Shown piece after piece: positions 22,835 to 35,200 of a stretch of 64,000 bases of DNA. The DNA is from Fistulifera solaris (Eukaryota), in contig AP026132.1 of the NCBI GenBank assembly GCA_030295235.1, positions 62,001 through 126,000 on the forward strand, read 5' to 3'. The position numbers and the translations under genes are program-made. Under the pieces are notes generated by a model, which searched no databases, was not told the origin of the DNA, and was given only the letters and a program-made list of their open reading frames with translations. Positions within the stretch are counted from its first letter, which is position 1; every line of letters begins with the position of its first letter.

Positions 22835-24345
22835 TTGCTTCGCTTTGAAAGTCTACGCGTGTTTCACGTAGCGCTCGTAGGGAAATTTATCGACAGAGGG
22901 GAAACCCGGATATCGTGTAATTTGGATGACACCATATTTCAGGTCTTTTGTGCATAAATGTCATCGTCGCTTTCACGGACATTCGTATTGTGCGCCAAGG
23001 AACCAATATCTACAGCGCATTGACTGCAATACGAAAAATGCATGAAAGATGCAACGCTTCGAAAGTCTACGCGTGTTTCACGTAGCGCTCGTAGGGAAAT
23101 TTATCGACAGAGGGGAAACCCGGATATCGTGTAATTTGGATGACACCATATTTCAGGTCTTTTGTGCATAAATGTCATCGTCGCTTTCACGGACATTCGT
23201 ATTGTGCGCCAAGGAACCAATATCTACAGCGAATTGACTGCAATACGAAAAATGCATGAAAGATGCAACGCTTCGAAAGTCTACGCGTGTTTCACGTAGC
23301 GCTCGTAGGGAAATTTATCGACAGAGGGGAAACCCGGATATCGTGTAATTTGGATGACACCATATTTCAGGTCTTTTGTGCATAAATGTCATCGTCGCTT
23401 TCACGGACATTCGTATTGTGCGCCAAGGAACCAATATCTACAGCGAATTGACTGCAATACGAAAAATGCATGAAAGATGCAACGCTTCGAAAGTCTACGC
23501 GTGTTTCACGTAGCGCTCGTAGGGAAATTTATCGACAGAGGGAAACCCGGATATCGTGTAATTTGGATGACACCATATTTCAGGTCTTTTGTGCATGAAT
23601 GTCATCGTCGCTTTCACGGACATTCGTATTGTGCGCCAAGGAACCAATATCTACAGCGAATTGACTGCAATACGAAAAATGCATGAAAGATGCAACGCTT
23701 CGAAAGTCTACGCGTGTTTCACGTAGCGCTCGTAGGGAAATTTATCGACAGAGGGGAAACCCGGATATCGTGTAATTAATTTGGATGACACCATTTTTCA
23801 GGTCTTTTGTGCATGAATGTCATCGTCGCTTTCACGGACATTCGTATTGTCTGCCAAGGAACCATTGGCGACAGCAAATTGACAGCAATACGAAAAAATC
23901 ATGAAAGATGCAACGCTTCGAAAGGCTACGCGTGTTTCACGTAGCGCTCGTAGGGAAATTGGTTAGGTTTACGCGCTGCATTGTCTGGTTTTTGTATCCC
24001 ACAGTTGTTACGCATTCACTTAAGTAAAAAATTCAGCGAAAACAATTAACAAATGCAGAAAAGAGGAAAGTTGCTACGCTTCGAAAGTCTACATGACTAT
24101 TATGTGGCTCCCGTAGGAATTTTATTGCGTTGTCGAATTCGGCCACATAAAATCAAAGGTACCACGACCGTGGAAAACCTTTTTCTCTTCTTGATCGTGT
24201 AGCACGAATGTCAATTAGCAATATTAGACTTCAAGGCACACTCAAAACAAATGAATGAATCGATAAAGTTGCTTCGTTTCGAATCTCTACGTGATTTTTA
24301 CGTAGCCCTCGCGTAGGGAACTTTATCGGCAAAGGGGAACCCTTA
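22835..24345. repeat. Satellite B: 214-bp tandem repeat (5 near-identical units plus degenerate copies)
   Basis: g(t/g)ctacgcgtgtttcacgtag at 22851, 23065, 23279, 23493, 23706, 23924; decayed copies ~24087 and ~24285. Confidence 0.95.
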
Positions 24346-24535
24346 AGGTTACTGGACGTTTTGCAAACCGCGTGTTTTTCTTTTCGTCGCGCTCATCGTG
24401 ACGCGACGACGGTGAGGATGAAGTGATGATTGATGACGAATATAATAACACATGAAACATGAACTTCACGGTTCGTGTCTTTCTCTTCGTTAAAATATAT
24501 ACCCTTCATCATTGTTCTATGGGTTGATAGTATCG

Positions 24536-25480
24536 ATGACTCAATCATTCACCGATGAAGGCCACAGCATCAAAGAAAGCGACTCTAATCCGCACCAATC
24601 GCAAGTTGTCGAAGAAGAGTCACCCCCCTTGCAAGACAAAGAAGAACCAATAACGAAAATAGAACCTCGTCACAATCAACACGTGAATGGAACAATCAGC
24701 AATACACTAACGCCCCCAAGAATTCCTCGATGGACCGAATTGATGAAGAAACGTCTCGCGAGCAAAGAAAAGAATTTGTTTCACTTGGGAGACACCGAAC
24801 ACTGGCACATTTCGGTACAACCCAATCGCAATTCGTCGTCGCATTCCTTGCGCATGGTCATTCACGACAAAAAGACGCAACACAAATTGGCCTTTGTCTT
24901 GTTGACGACGAATCGCAACCGATCTTCGTTGATGGGATTGTACATTGATCCGAAACACCGAGCACAAGGATGGACACGTCGTATTTTGAGTCTTTGGTTG
25001 CAGTGGTGTATGTACGCCGATCCAAAAATGCATCCACAAACGGAAGTGATCCGCAAACCGCTATTGTGTTGTGTATTGGAACATAGTTTGGGCTTTGTCG
25101 TGTCCTCATCGTCAAGTTTACCGGTTTTTCTGGTACAATCAAACGAAGACCAGCGCATTCATTTGCATTCAATACCACCACAATGTTTGCGCGGTGCCTT
25201 TTCGGCACGGGATATTCAACGAGAGGGATTGGCAGTGCATTGTAGTGTGTGTCTTCGGCGGAATGAACAGCAACAGCCACAAGAAAGCGACAAAAAAGAA
25301 GATCAGTCAGTGAAAGACAAAGTAGACGAAGGCGAAGAACAGCAACCTAGGCGGCGACGAATCCATCTGAATACACGTTTCGAGAGGCTCGAACCATGGA
25401 AAACATCACCCGATGATCCTATTTTACAAACAGCCTTACGGCCGGATCAATTACGCTTGATTCTACTGGGAAAGTTATAG
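24536..25480 (+). CDS. GNAT-like domain protein, paralog of the C-terminal domain of 21031-22716
   Basis: Shared SSLMGxYxDPxxRxxG, PxTExIRKPLLCxVLxHSxGF, FSxxDxQRE, LRxxLxG; true start may lie in a short upstream exon. Confidence 0.75.
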   Translation: MTQSFTDEGHSIKESDSNPHQSQVVEEESPPLQDKEEPITKIEPRHNQHVNGTISNTLTPPRIPRWTELMKKRLASKEKNLFHLGDTEHWHISVQPNRNSSSHSLRMVIHDKKTQHKLAFVLLTTNRNRSSLMGLYIDPKHRAQGWTRRILSLWLQWCMYADPKMHPQTEVIRKPLLCCVLEHSLGFVVSSSSSLPVFLVQSNEDQRIHLHSIPPQCLRGAFSARDIQREGLAVHCSVCLRRNEQQQPQESDKKEDQSVKDKVDEGEEQQPRRRRIHLNTRFERLEPWKTSPDDPILQTALRPDQLRLILLGKL

Positions 25481-25528
25481 TTTTAGTATTACCTTCTATT
25501 ATTTACAAATTAATTTCGAATTCCATCA

Positions 25529-25978
25529 TCAACTATTATTCTTCTCAGAGTTTATGGGTTCATGATAATCAGATCGAGCCATTTCAATGCGCACCAGCAA
25601 ATGACCTGGAATCATCGCTTGTGGCAACGAGCGACTGGCTATTTGCGTTTCTTCTGGTTGTTCTGGGTTATCGTTGTAGTCTGAACTTTTAATGATACGT
25701 CGCTCGGTGCAATCCATTAATATTAAATTGTTTCTTTCAAAACGAGAAAACAAGTGTAACGTGAATATCGCAATTCTTCGTCAATAACAAAAATGCACAT
25801 TTCACACGTACAATCGATCCATGCAAGTCAGAATGCCGTACGCTTGTCGACCATCTTTCATCGTACACAACAGATATTTGCCGAGACCGTGATGTTGGAC
25901 CCACGCCAGCGCATCTTCTTCTCTTCTTTCAGCGAGTGAATGTTGTTGCTGAGTTAGCTGCTCTGGAGAAGTGCTCAT
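25529..25978 (-). CDS. NAA38: LSm-domain protein, NatC auxiliary subunit-like (exons 25978-25812, 25733-25529)
   Basis: Manual splice (GTACGT...GAAAG, 78 bp): ...LLCTMKDGRQAYGILTCMDRL-NNLILMDCTERR...RSLPQAMIPGHLLVRIE, i.e. Sm1/Sm2 motifs of NAA38/Mak31 type. Confidence 0.75.
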
Positions 25979-26327
25979 GATTTTGGCTTTGCAGATTTAT
26001 ATACTGTACCAGGTAATGCATGCGATGAATGCGATGAAAATGCGGCGAGATCGACGTAATACTCATGACTGAACTGCAGTCGTTTTGGATTTGATGCAAA
26101 TAATTCAGTCAGCATTTCTGTCAACGTAGTGCATTAGCACTAACCGCAGGCTGACCGCAGGACCCTGCTATTCGCGGTGTTCTTTCGCCCCTTATGGCAT
26201 CATCTCCACTCACCAGAATGGATCTTTTAATAATAATAATATTATACAAAGAAAACACTCTAGCTCTGTTGAAGCGCAACAGCGTCATGCGCATGTTCTT
26301 TCGGAGTGTTCAGGTTTATTCGCTTGT

Positions 26328-27497
26328 TTGTTTCCTCTTCTTTCCATTTCCTCAATTTTTATAAACGTCGCGTATGGGTTTTCGTTTGTAAACACCGTCA
26401 CCGATTGGCTTTCGCACCAGCAAGTGGCTTATCAACGTATAACTGCGTCAAATGAGCTGGCACTTTTGCTCCGAAATGACAAAAAGCCGAATGCAACTCA
26501 TTTATTATGGATTCATGCGAATTCGAACAACACCAAACAACTCGTATTGCATTTGATTCCTCTGGAAACATCACTCGACAGTTCCGTCAAATACGAAATG
26601 ACAAATCAAGCCTGTCAATCACCATTCCTATCATTGATTCATTTGCATCAAGATCAATGGGAACGACAAACGAACTTGGTACAGGCCCGTCTGTGGAATG
26701 CCATTGTTCAGACATCGCATCAATACTGTCACGAACGACGCATTTACGCCCGCCAGTGTCGCGTCGAACGCCTATCTTCCCCGCAGGCACAAGCCTTTTT
26801 ACAACAACATCACATGTGGTCCAGTGTGGCCGCCCGATATTCGTACGGGTTGTGGTTCAATGAGACGCTCGTCGCGGTAGCTACCTTTTCGTCGCGACGT
26901 CGCATTCAGCGAGGATCGAAAATCTATCGTTCCCACGAATTGTTACGATTCTGTACCCAATGCAACGTCACGGTCCTTGGTGGATGCTCGAAATTGGTCA
27001 AAGCCTTTGAACGCGATGTTCAACCGGATGATATTGTCACCGTGCTGGATCGGGATTGGACGAGTACACGACACGACAATTGGAAGGGATTTTATTCCGT
27101 TCATACACGAGCCCCATTGCCACTAGCGGTACGGGAAGGACACCGGTATCATCTCATTGGTGCCAGCTACCAGATTCCTGCGAACAGCAGCAAAGCTGGT
27201 TTGCAACGACAATTTGTGCCGTGGTCGGTCTATCAAGAATTAAACGAATGTCAGGATGCACCATCGGCTCAATCCTGTTTGGAATCACACGGCTACCATC
27301 TCTTGTACGATGCCGGTGTTGAACGATTGTTGAAGATTGTTTCAGAAGACTCACTCACCGATATCGCTGTGACTGAACTCTATGATAATTCAATTCCGCA
27401 ATATCCCCCTTCGTATTACAGTCCCAATGCGGGCATTTCCGCCTTGTTGCGTCAAGCTGAAGAACAGTGTAAAGTGAACAACAATGATGTAAAGTAG
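26328..27497 (+). CDS. Phage/Bacteroidetes-type endonuclease-like hypothetical protein with N-terminal presequence (start codon unresolved)
   Basis: LIHLxxDxW, RIYARxCxV, AxxFLxxHH, YGL...LVAVATFS, ELLRFC, VxGGxSKL, PDDIVTxxDRDW; no nearby in-frame ATG. Confidence 0.7.
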   Translation: MFPLLSISSIFINVAYGFSFVNTVTDWLSHQQVAYQRITASNELALLLRNDKKPNATHLLWIHANSNNTKQLVLHLIPLETSLDSSVKYEMTNQACQSPFLSLIHLHQDQWERQTNLVQARLWNAIVQTSHQYCHERRIYARQCRVERLSSPQAQAFLQQHHMWSSVAARYSYGLWFNETLVAVATFSSRRRIQRGSKIYRSHELLRFCTQCNVTVLGGCSKLVKAFERDVQPDDIVTVLDRDWTSTRHDNWKGFYSVHTRAPLPLAVREGHRYHLIGASYQIPANSSKAGLQRQFVPWSVYQELNECQDAPSAQSCLESHGYHLLYDAGVERLLKIVSEDSLTDIAVTELYDNSIPQYPPSYYSPNAGISALLRQAEEQCKVNNNDVK

Positions 27498-27821
27498 AGG
27501 AAGCTCAGCCAAAAGCGGATAGAAAAGAAAAAGTGTATTCGAAATGAAAAGTGAGTATCCAGCAGGGCTCTTCATTATGAAAGCTATATAAAAAACGTGT
27601 AAGAATGTATTTACTATAAAAGGGTCAAAACCGGTTTGATATCACACTTCTTTTCCGTTCGATACTCCTCGCTGCTTCATAAGTTCTTTTTTCTTTGTCA
27701 TTGCATACGCAATGATGATAATCAGATTTGTAATACCCTTATACATGCGGTTTCTTTTGTTTTCTTTTATCAATTACAATCAACAAACCATCATACAACA
27801 ACAGTAACACCGTCGTAAACA

Positions 27822-28769
27822 ATGAAACTGAACAATCAGCTCGGAATCACTTGCCTTATGGTCATTGCCATTGTCGTTTTCACGCTCAACAACAATCGCA
27901 ACAATACGTACCTTCGCTCTCCCGAAACTGCTATCATGCCAGTTGCTACAGCAACAGTCGACATGACACGCCCTCTTCCGATCACTTCGGTACAAACGTG
28001 TCCCAGGAAATCGCTCCCACAAATCCGCCAACTCAAAATCAACAAGAGCCAATCGGGCGAAGATTTTGTTCTATTGCGATGGTTCAATGGGTTGTGTCAG
28101 GGCACCTTTATTGAATTGGGAGCACTCGACGGCATTAAATTCAGCAATTCGTACTTGTTTGAGTTTGCGCTGCAATGGCAGGGATTGTTGGTGGAGATTA
28201 CGCCACCCAGTTTCGCCGCCTTGCAGAAAAATCGTCCCAACAATGTGCTCGTGCACGCGGGTGTGTGTGAACAGCGTCAAACCATTCATTATTACAACAG
28301 TACCGCCAACAAAACGGCCGTGCCGGGGATTGTCGAATTTGCTTCACAGCAATTCCGGCAACGTTGGTGGCCGGATTTGAAAGCGGATTGGAGTAATAGT
28401 GTGGAAATGGAATGCATTCCTTTACAAGAAATCATTGAAGAACATTACCTGCCGGCCATAAAGCTCAAGCAGCACATTCACAATGGCACAAGTCGAGTTG
28501 CGACTGCCACAAACGAAGCTGTGCACTTTGATTTCTTGAGCTTGGATGTGGAAGGAGCCGAAGATCAGGTATTAAGAAGTATCGATTTCGACAAAGTGTC
28601 CTTTGGCATCGTATTGTTGGAAGCCGATGACTACAATGAACTCAAAAACCTAGCCGTTCGCGTCTTTTTTGGAATCGAAAGGATACCTCTTTTGAAAAGT
28701 GAACAAAGAAGTTATTGGTTTGTTCATAGACAATTTGATCAAATCTATCGCCACGTGTTGCATCAATGA
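27822..28769 (+). CDS. FkbM-family (Methyltransf_21) methyltransferase, type II membrane
   Basis: SQSGED, GTFIELGALDGxxFSNS, WxGLLVE, DFLSLDVEGAE. Confidence 0.9.
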   Translation: MKLNNQLGITCLMVIAIVVFTLNNNRNNTYLRSPETAIMPVATATVDMTRPLPITSVQTCPRKSLPQIRQLKINKSQSGEDFVLLRWFNGLCQGTFIELGALDGIKFSNSYLFEFALQWQGLLVEITPPSFAALQKNRPNNVLVHAGVCEQRQTIHYYNSTANKTAVPGIVEFASQQFRQRWWPDLKADWSNSVEMECIPLQEIIEEHYLPAIKLKQHIHNGTSRVATATNEAVHFDFLSLDVEGAEDQVLRSIDFDKVSFGIVLLEADDYNELKNLAVRVFFGIERIPLLKSEQRSYWFVHRQFDQIYRHVLHQ

Positions 28770-28873
28770 AAGTTGGGTAGTAGTAAGATAAATTTTGAAT
28801 ACCAGTATTGGTTTGCTTGTATTAAAAGACAGGTTATTAACGGTATTCGAACCTTTTCTTGAGACTCTTGTCT

Positions 28874-30151
28874 CTACAACACGCCTCGCACTTGTTCCAG
28901 CGCAGAAGGACAAGCTACGAGTAAACAATAGATGAGTGTCAGACGTTCACGTTCCAATTGCACCCGAACTTCTGCTTGTTGATGCCGCTGCAGAGCATTC
29001 GCCACGACGATCCCCGCACGCCCCGCCATTTGTTGTTGTGTCGCGTACTCGATTTGTTGTTCGTCAAAGGGCAGAACCCATCCAGGGGCAAAGCCCGTAT
29101 ACAGTACGGAAGGTGCCGCCTGCCACAAAGGATGAATCCATCGCTTTCCCGACTGTAAGGCTAACTGCAATGGATATTGTCTGTGCTCACTGTCGCGTTG
29201 GAAAGGTGAATACACTTCCAGCAACGGCAGTAACATGCCATCGTGACTGTGATAGGAGGGGCTGGTAGCCCATAGATGCAACGGCGTGGTCTGATCGGGT
29301 ATTTTGAAGGACAGATTGGCTGACTTTGTCGAACGGACTGTTTTCATTGCTGGTAATTCATATTCCGTTTCGTTCATACGCGATAATTGGAACAGTGGTG
29401 TTGCGGACGGTCGCCGCGACAAGATACGCGACTCATCCGGTGCAATATAGCCCTGTAACGACAAAAGCAAATAGGCCACAGGGGCTGGGCAATATCCGTT
29501 CCGCGCCAAAACACACGTCATGTGATGAAAATCGCGCAAGGGTGCTCCTCGTGTCATGGGTTGCGTCGTGGGTACACGACACAAGAGTTGCAGGCGTCGC
29601 AAAAATTCCAGCAGAGGCAACAACTCGGTGCTACGGCGATCGGACGCATGGCCTTGTCGTATGACATGTTGTATCGTTTCGTATTCGTCCGGATGTTGTA
29701 ACATTCGTGTCACGCATTCATGCAGGGTTTCGTAACGAACCGTTTGCCAGGGCAATGGATTCCAGTACGTGGAAAGGAAAACATCCAAGACCGACTGTCC
29801 CAGCTGCGTCCTTCTCGTATAAAAGTAACTTTGATTGATTGTGGATTGTGCGATAGATGTAAGGCTTTGCTGAGCCAATTGCATCACGTATTCAAAGGTT
29901 TTGAGAGGCAAGCCGTGACTGACGGCATAATGTAACGTCGTCCATCCCGTGCTGGTTGTTTCCCACAAAAGGATGTTCAAGGTATCGTTCCTATTCGTTG
30001 ATGTTTCATCTTTAGAACGACAAGCTGCTTGAATCAAATCGGGCAATTGATGAAAGTTCCCCAAACGAATCGCTTGATGCAACAAGGGAACGTAACTGTG
30101 TGCGTCGTGCTTTTCCAGAAGAAGATCGAACAACATGGCTCTTCGTCTCAC
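28874..30151 (-). CDS. Hypothetical protein with degenerate ankyrin-like repeats
   Basis: 425-aa ORF; GWTTLHYAV, TPLHLWA, YPLQLAL motifs. Confidence 0.65.
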   Translation of the reverse strand: MRRRAMLFDLLLEKHDAHSYVPLLHQAIRLGNFHQLPDLIQAACRSKDETSTNRNDTLNILLWETTSTGWTTLHYAVSHGLPLKTFEYVMQLAQQSLTSIAQSTINQSYFYTRRTQLGQSVLDVFLSTYWNPLPWQTVRYETLHECVTRMLQHPDEYETIQHVIRQGHASDRRSTELLPLLEFLRRLQLLCRVPTTQPMTRGAPLRDFHHMTCVLARNGYCPAPVAYLLLSLQGYIAPDESRILSRRPSATPLFQLSRMNETEYELPAMKTVRSTKSANLSFKIPDQTTPLHLWATSPSYHSHDGMLLPLLEVYSPFQRDSEHRQYPLQLALQSGKRWIHPLWQAAPSVLYTGFAPGWVLPFDEQQIEYATQQQMAGRAGIVVANALQRHQQAEVRVQLERERLTLIYCLLVACPSALEQVRGVL

Positions 30152-30469
30152 TTCAACCGCCTATCTCCGAGTATTTTCTCTGAAACAAGAATTATGATAT
30201 TTGAGTTGACTTCTGAAACAATCTCTCCAGAATAATAGCGGCGGAATTTTGGAAGAATGCGAATAAACTTTTTTTACAGTATTTCTTGCGGATGTGATAT
30301 TACTCTACGACACTTAAGGTTATGGATGTTGCTAACGCCTTGTAGGCTTCCATGTAGTCGTCAATTCAATTCTTCTATCTCGATGGCCATCATAACTTTG
30401 TCCAGCAAGAATAGTCAAGTATCATGAAATAACAATCGACATCGATTTTCCTGCAATAAGTAACATGCA

Positions 30470-30962
30470 TGAAAGATGCAACGCTTCGAAAGTCTACGTG
30501 ATTTTACGTAGCTCTCGTAGTGAAATACGGACGAGTACGGAGTAATTATTAACGACAGAGGGAAACCCGGAGTTGGGTAATATCGAACACACCCTTTTTC
30601 GCGTCTTTGCTCATGCGTAAAATGAAACAAAACCAACATTTTTAATTTCAGCATGAAATATGAGACATCCGAAACATACGGTTCCAGAGTCTACGCGTTA
30701 TTTACGTAGCCGCCGTAGGAAATTTATCTCTGCAGGGGAACCCGGAGTTCGTATTATTCACAACCATCCCAGTGATGCATTTACAGTGCACCGATGTCAA
30801 CGTTTTCTTGTCCAATGTGTTGGCTTCGTATCGTAAAGCAATAGTCTCCCTCGATTGGAAAGCAAAACGTTGATGGAACGAATGATACAACGCTTCGAAT
30901 GTCTACGTGATTTTACGTAGCTCTCGTAAAGCAATTTATCGACAGAGGGAAACCCGGATATT
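30470..30962. repeat. Three degenerate copies of the satellite-B core (~205-bp spacing)
   Basis: cttcgaaagtctacgtgattttacgtagctctcgtag...gacagagggaaacccgga at ~30484, ~30688, ~30893. Confidence 0.85.
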
Positions 30963-31054
30963 GATATGGAAAAAATTATGAAAAATGCATGTTTTTCATT
31001 TTGTTTCATTTTGTCGCCATTATTCGAAAAACCGTCTTTCATCGCAAGAGCACA

Positions 31055-31585
31055 ATGCCATCACCACCTTCCTCCGAAGATCCGTGGGTGCAAGCGGTGC
31101 AAGCGGGTGATGTGATTCGTCGTCGTATGGCGGAGGAAAACATTCCGCAACATTCGGCGTTCGTACCTCCGGGCATCGGAGAAGGGGTCTTGGCAGCGGC
31201 AGGGACGGCCTTGTTGTCATGGCCATTGCGTCGAGGTCTCTTTCGTCTACTGAATCAACCTAACAATAAACAATTTCAAATCTTTTTGGAATTAGTGGTG
31301 ACACCGCTGCAAGCGTTGGTTGTCGTACAAGCGGGGTTGTTGGTGGGCAGTGTGTGCGGAAGTCATCATTACTTGCAACAGTTTCTTCAATTACAACAAG
31401 AGCAACGAAAAAGAGACCTATTCTCGGAACCTTCCTTCGTCCAAGACGTTTGTCGGGAACTGATGTTGCCCGGTTCAGGTTCGCAGGATAATACGGTCAG
31501 CTCGATTGCGATAACAGGTTGGACGTCACAACAAATATTGCAAACCTATCGACAAGTGCTACAAAATTGTCAAAGAAATGAATAG
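31055..31585 (+). CDS. Hypothetical protein with two hydrophobic segments
   Basis: ATG at 31055, 176 codons, coding-like composition. Confidence 0.6.
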   Translation: MPSPPSSEDPWVQAVQAGDVIRRRMAEENIPQHSAFVPPGIGEGVLAAAGTALLSWPLRRGLFRLLNQPNNKQFQIFLELVVTPLQALVVVQAGLLVGSVCGSHHYLQQFLQLQQEQRKRDLFSEPSFVQDVCRELMLPGSGSQDNTVSSIAITGWTSQQILQTYRQVLQNCQRNE

Positions 31586-31662
31586 AAGAATGATGCCCGT
31601 GCACGACTTTATATTTACGATATTGTATTCCCATTTGATATCTCCCAACGACCACACTCTTT

Positions 31663-33605
31663 CTATTGTCCGTAGGATTCTTCAACAAGATGAGAGGCGA
31701 TTCGTTGTCGTAATGACTCGGATAAAGATATGCTACTGGGCGGTGAAGTGGTTGTGTCTGTTGGTGTCTTGAACGACGAAAGCGACGGTGCGGCCGGCAA
31801 AGAAAATTGCCCGGTTGTACTTTCCTCCATGATCAGAAAGGAATCTGTGGCAATAGTACTCTCCTCCATCTTTCGATCCTTGTCGTATGGTAACTCCTCG
31901 TTGTCGTGTGGATTGTGAAGGTGCCGCCGAAGCGATTCGTATCGCTCTTTTCGTTCCGGGTCTTTCCAAATTGAGTAGATCGATGGCTCACTTGATAATG
32001 GGATGGATAGATCGTGGTCCGTAGTTTTGTAGAAGTACGGTTGGGCGTTGGAATAGAACGAATCTTGGTCGTCGTCGTCATCATCTTTCGATGATAACGA
32101 ATCGTTTCGGAAAGGCATTGTGGGCAACTTCGTAGTAGCCAAACGTTCTGGCATAAACTCCGTCAAGTAGATATTATCGTCGTCCATCATGCTGCATTCG
32201 ATATCTCGAGGAGTTCCAGTCAGACTGGAAGCGGCCGATTCGTCATGGTCGACCCGAATTTCGTCAGTCGCTGCTTGACTGAACGATTCACGCGGTTTAC
32301 CGAGATAACTGTCGTCGTCATCACCCTCAAAAGGAGAAATGCACCAGATCCCAATCAGCACCGCCACGATGAAAGCAATCATCAACCCAATGATAGTCAA
32401 TGCCTTGCGTCCTGTTTCACTGATTTGTGGTGCGCCCTTTGTGTGTCCGTTGCTGTGTTCTTTTTCATCGGATGTATCAGTGTTCGAGCTTTGCACGGAA
32501 TCGTTGGGGATATCCATGTTCAACACAATTACTCTGGCAGTAGCTAGAATCGCATCCTCGTCCAAATGAAGTTGCAGTAGTAAGTGATTGGTCAGTGCAA
32601 CACTTTGTTGTTTCCAGATCTCGTCCGAAGCATTGATTCGAATATCTTTCACCGGATCCATATACAAATGCCCTGTGAAACGAAAAAATGCGTCCGCTTC
32701 CTCATATGATCGTGACACTATCTGTAGCGTCACATTGTGGATTTGGGTATCTTTGAGAAAAATGGAATTGCTCAGGTAACGCTCGAGGGCCCGTTGCACC
32801 AACGCATCGAATCCCGAATGCCAGGGTTCTTGCGCCGTCAGCTGCAAATCAAAGCTCTTCAATGTGACAATGTCATAATAAGCTTCCGAGTCGTCACTCG
32901 ACGGCATTTCCGGTGTCAATTCTATTCTGCTAGGAGATAGTGTGGGCGCAGGCGATTCTTTCACAATACTGATGGAAAGTTGAGGGGCTGCTTTCGGAGA
33001 TCGGGTTGTCTCCGGATTTTCTGTAGCCATGCCGGTTTCGACCAGGAGAGATTGTGTGGGTGAAGCCGTCAAAGGAACGGGGACTCTGTTGCAATACTCA
33101 CATAGCTCATAGATGGACGGAGTGACGTCGACGGAGAAACGGTGGGAAACGCTCGGCTGGTGTTCTCGTCATTTTTGCTTTCGTTGCTCTTGTTTTTCTT
33201 TTTCCGCCGCGTGGGAGAAGCAGTAGGAAAGGACGTCGGGAATGACGTTGGGAACGAAGTCGGCGAGGGTGTACTCTTTCGTTTGTTGCTCTTCTTTTCT
33301 TTGTAATAGCGGGTTGGGGATGACGTCGGAGCAGGAGTGCTTCTGTGTTTACTATTCGTCTTTTCATCGTTGCCATCTGGATTGTTCGGGCTTGTGATCA
33401 TTATGTATGAATCAGAATTATATTCAGGATAAATGGATGGAGCAATTGTGGAAGGATAAGCACTTGCGTATTGAAAAAGTTTTCTTTTCCTTTCATTCTT
33501 AATGGTCGCACCCTTCAGTTTATCCCCTCGAAAGGTGCCTGCTTCAATCGAGAGAGACAACGAAACTATCCATATTGCTGTGAGAAACGTTTTGCTGCTG
33601 ATCAT
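31663..33605 (-). CDS. Type I membrane protein, cluster member A (frameshift ~33075)
   Basis: Signal peptide, RKRKL, PTxxPT/Lys stalk, shared LKxFDL domain, TM, Ser/Asp-rich tail; adding one C to a CCCC run joins the two ORFs. Confidence 0.78.
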
Positions 33606-33981
33606 GGTCTTATTAGATATCAAGAAAGTAGTTAGCATTCATCAGCCCTTTTTACTTTGCAGTCTGGCAAAATTGTTTCATTCTTGAAAAAGTGAGGAGG
33701 AGATATCAAGGTCAACGCATCGGAACGAAATTTTGAACGGCTTCAATTCGTACTTTTGGTCTACCGTCACGAGTCTACTGTGGCGAAGAGCGAAGGGTGT
33801 AGTCTTGTCATGAATGAATTCCAGTCGTGGTAAAATACCGACAACACTTTGGGGGTATAATATAGTCAAGAACGAAGTTGATTTCGCTAGAATTTCGAGA
33901 GTATTGAGTGATTTTCACTAGTAGAACATTCTTCTATTGTAACATAAAGCTAATGTATTTGGAAGCAGTTTGCGTATTTTC

Positions 33982-35200
33982 TCACATATCCAGCGATTCG
34001 CAAATACTTCTGTCCAAGGTATAGGACATAGCATAGGAGGCATAGTCAGGCAAGTCATCTTTCACTCTTTGTTCGGTGATACTCGATGTGATAGAAGGGG
34101 CGTCTGTATGGTATACGATAATGGTTGCCGAGGGGTTGGTGGATCGAGATGTTCGGGAACTCTTTGATTTATGGGAAGGCGTGTGCGGCTTCACTGGTTC
34201 TGCGGGCACTTGCCTTCGGTGACGGAAGGCCAGGTATATGGCACCGGTACCGATGATCGAGATTAGCACAACACAAACGCAACCAGCGATGACAATCAAA
34301 TGGGTAGTACCTTTCAAGTACGAGTGACCGCCCGCCAACTCATCCAGAACCGCGCTGCTATCCACGAATTTCACGTTCGTTACTCTGACTCGAGAAACTG
34401 CCATGAAGGGACTCTTGTCAAAAGCCGCTTGAAGCGATGGTTGATCCATCATCACTTGTAGTTGCTGGATCCAAATAGCATCTGGATTAATACTTTGATC
34501 GACACCGATATCGTAATAGTAGTATCCGTGATAACGATAGGCACATTCCTTAGTGTCCGGATTGCACGAGACGGTTTGCAATGCGAGTGTAACGTTCTTT
34601 CCTTCCAGTCCGGGTGTACTCAAGGATGCTTCGATATATTGTTCAACAGTGGATTGAATGTGTTCATCATCGAAAGAAGTGCTCCATTTCGGATCGCGCC
34701 ACAAATATAATTCGAACGTTTTCAAAGGAACGGAAAATGTGACGCTTTGTTGCGGCAAAGGAACTTCTTCGACGTCTTGTTTCGGTAAACTATCCTCTAG
34801 GTACGCCGTCGGGCTCAGTGTATCTGCTTTGCGACCCCTTGCACTGTATGCATCACTTGAGTCGTCCGATGGGGATAGTTGTGATTTTTTGGGGGCAGTG
34901 GCGGGTTCCATTTCGTTTTCGGTCCATTCCAATGAGAGGGACTTGGTCTTTTTGTCGGATTTTTGGGTTACGTGTGGGTGCAGGTGACCTAGTAGGACTG
35001 CGACTTTTATCTGATTTCTTTCTTTTCGGGGCATGTGATGGAGTGGAAGTAGGGTAGAACGTTGGACTGCTGATGACAGTCGTCGATCTATCGGCGAGAA
35101 TGCGTTGCTGCCTCGCCTCCGACACGCGCGGTCCTACCGCAAGCGATAGCAAAAGCAGACACCATTGATACCGCTGAAGCGAAAACGAATAGCGACGCAT
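33982..35200 (-). CDS. Type I membrane protein, cluster member B (frameshifted)
   Basis: Signal peptide + RQQRIL in 34853-35200; PLKTFEL...W.QQ domain and TM in 33982-35034. Confidence 0.78.

Noticed and set aside
22835..23960. ORF 23477-23686 and a CRISPR/gene-array interpretation of satellite B
   Set aside because: The ORF is open in only one unit (GGG vs GGGG); units are near-identical without spacers
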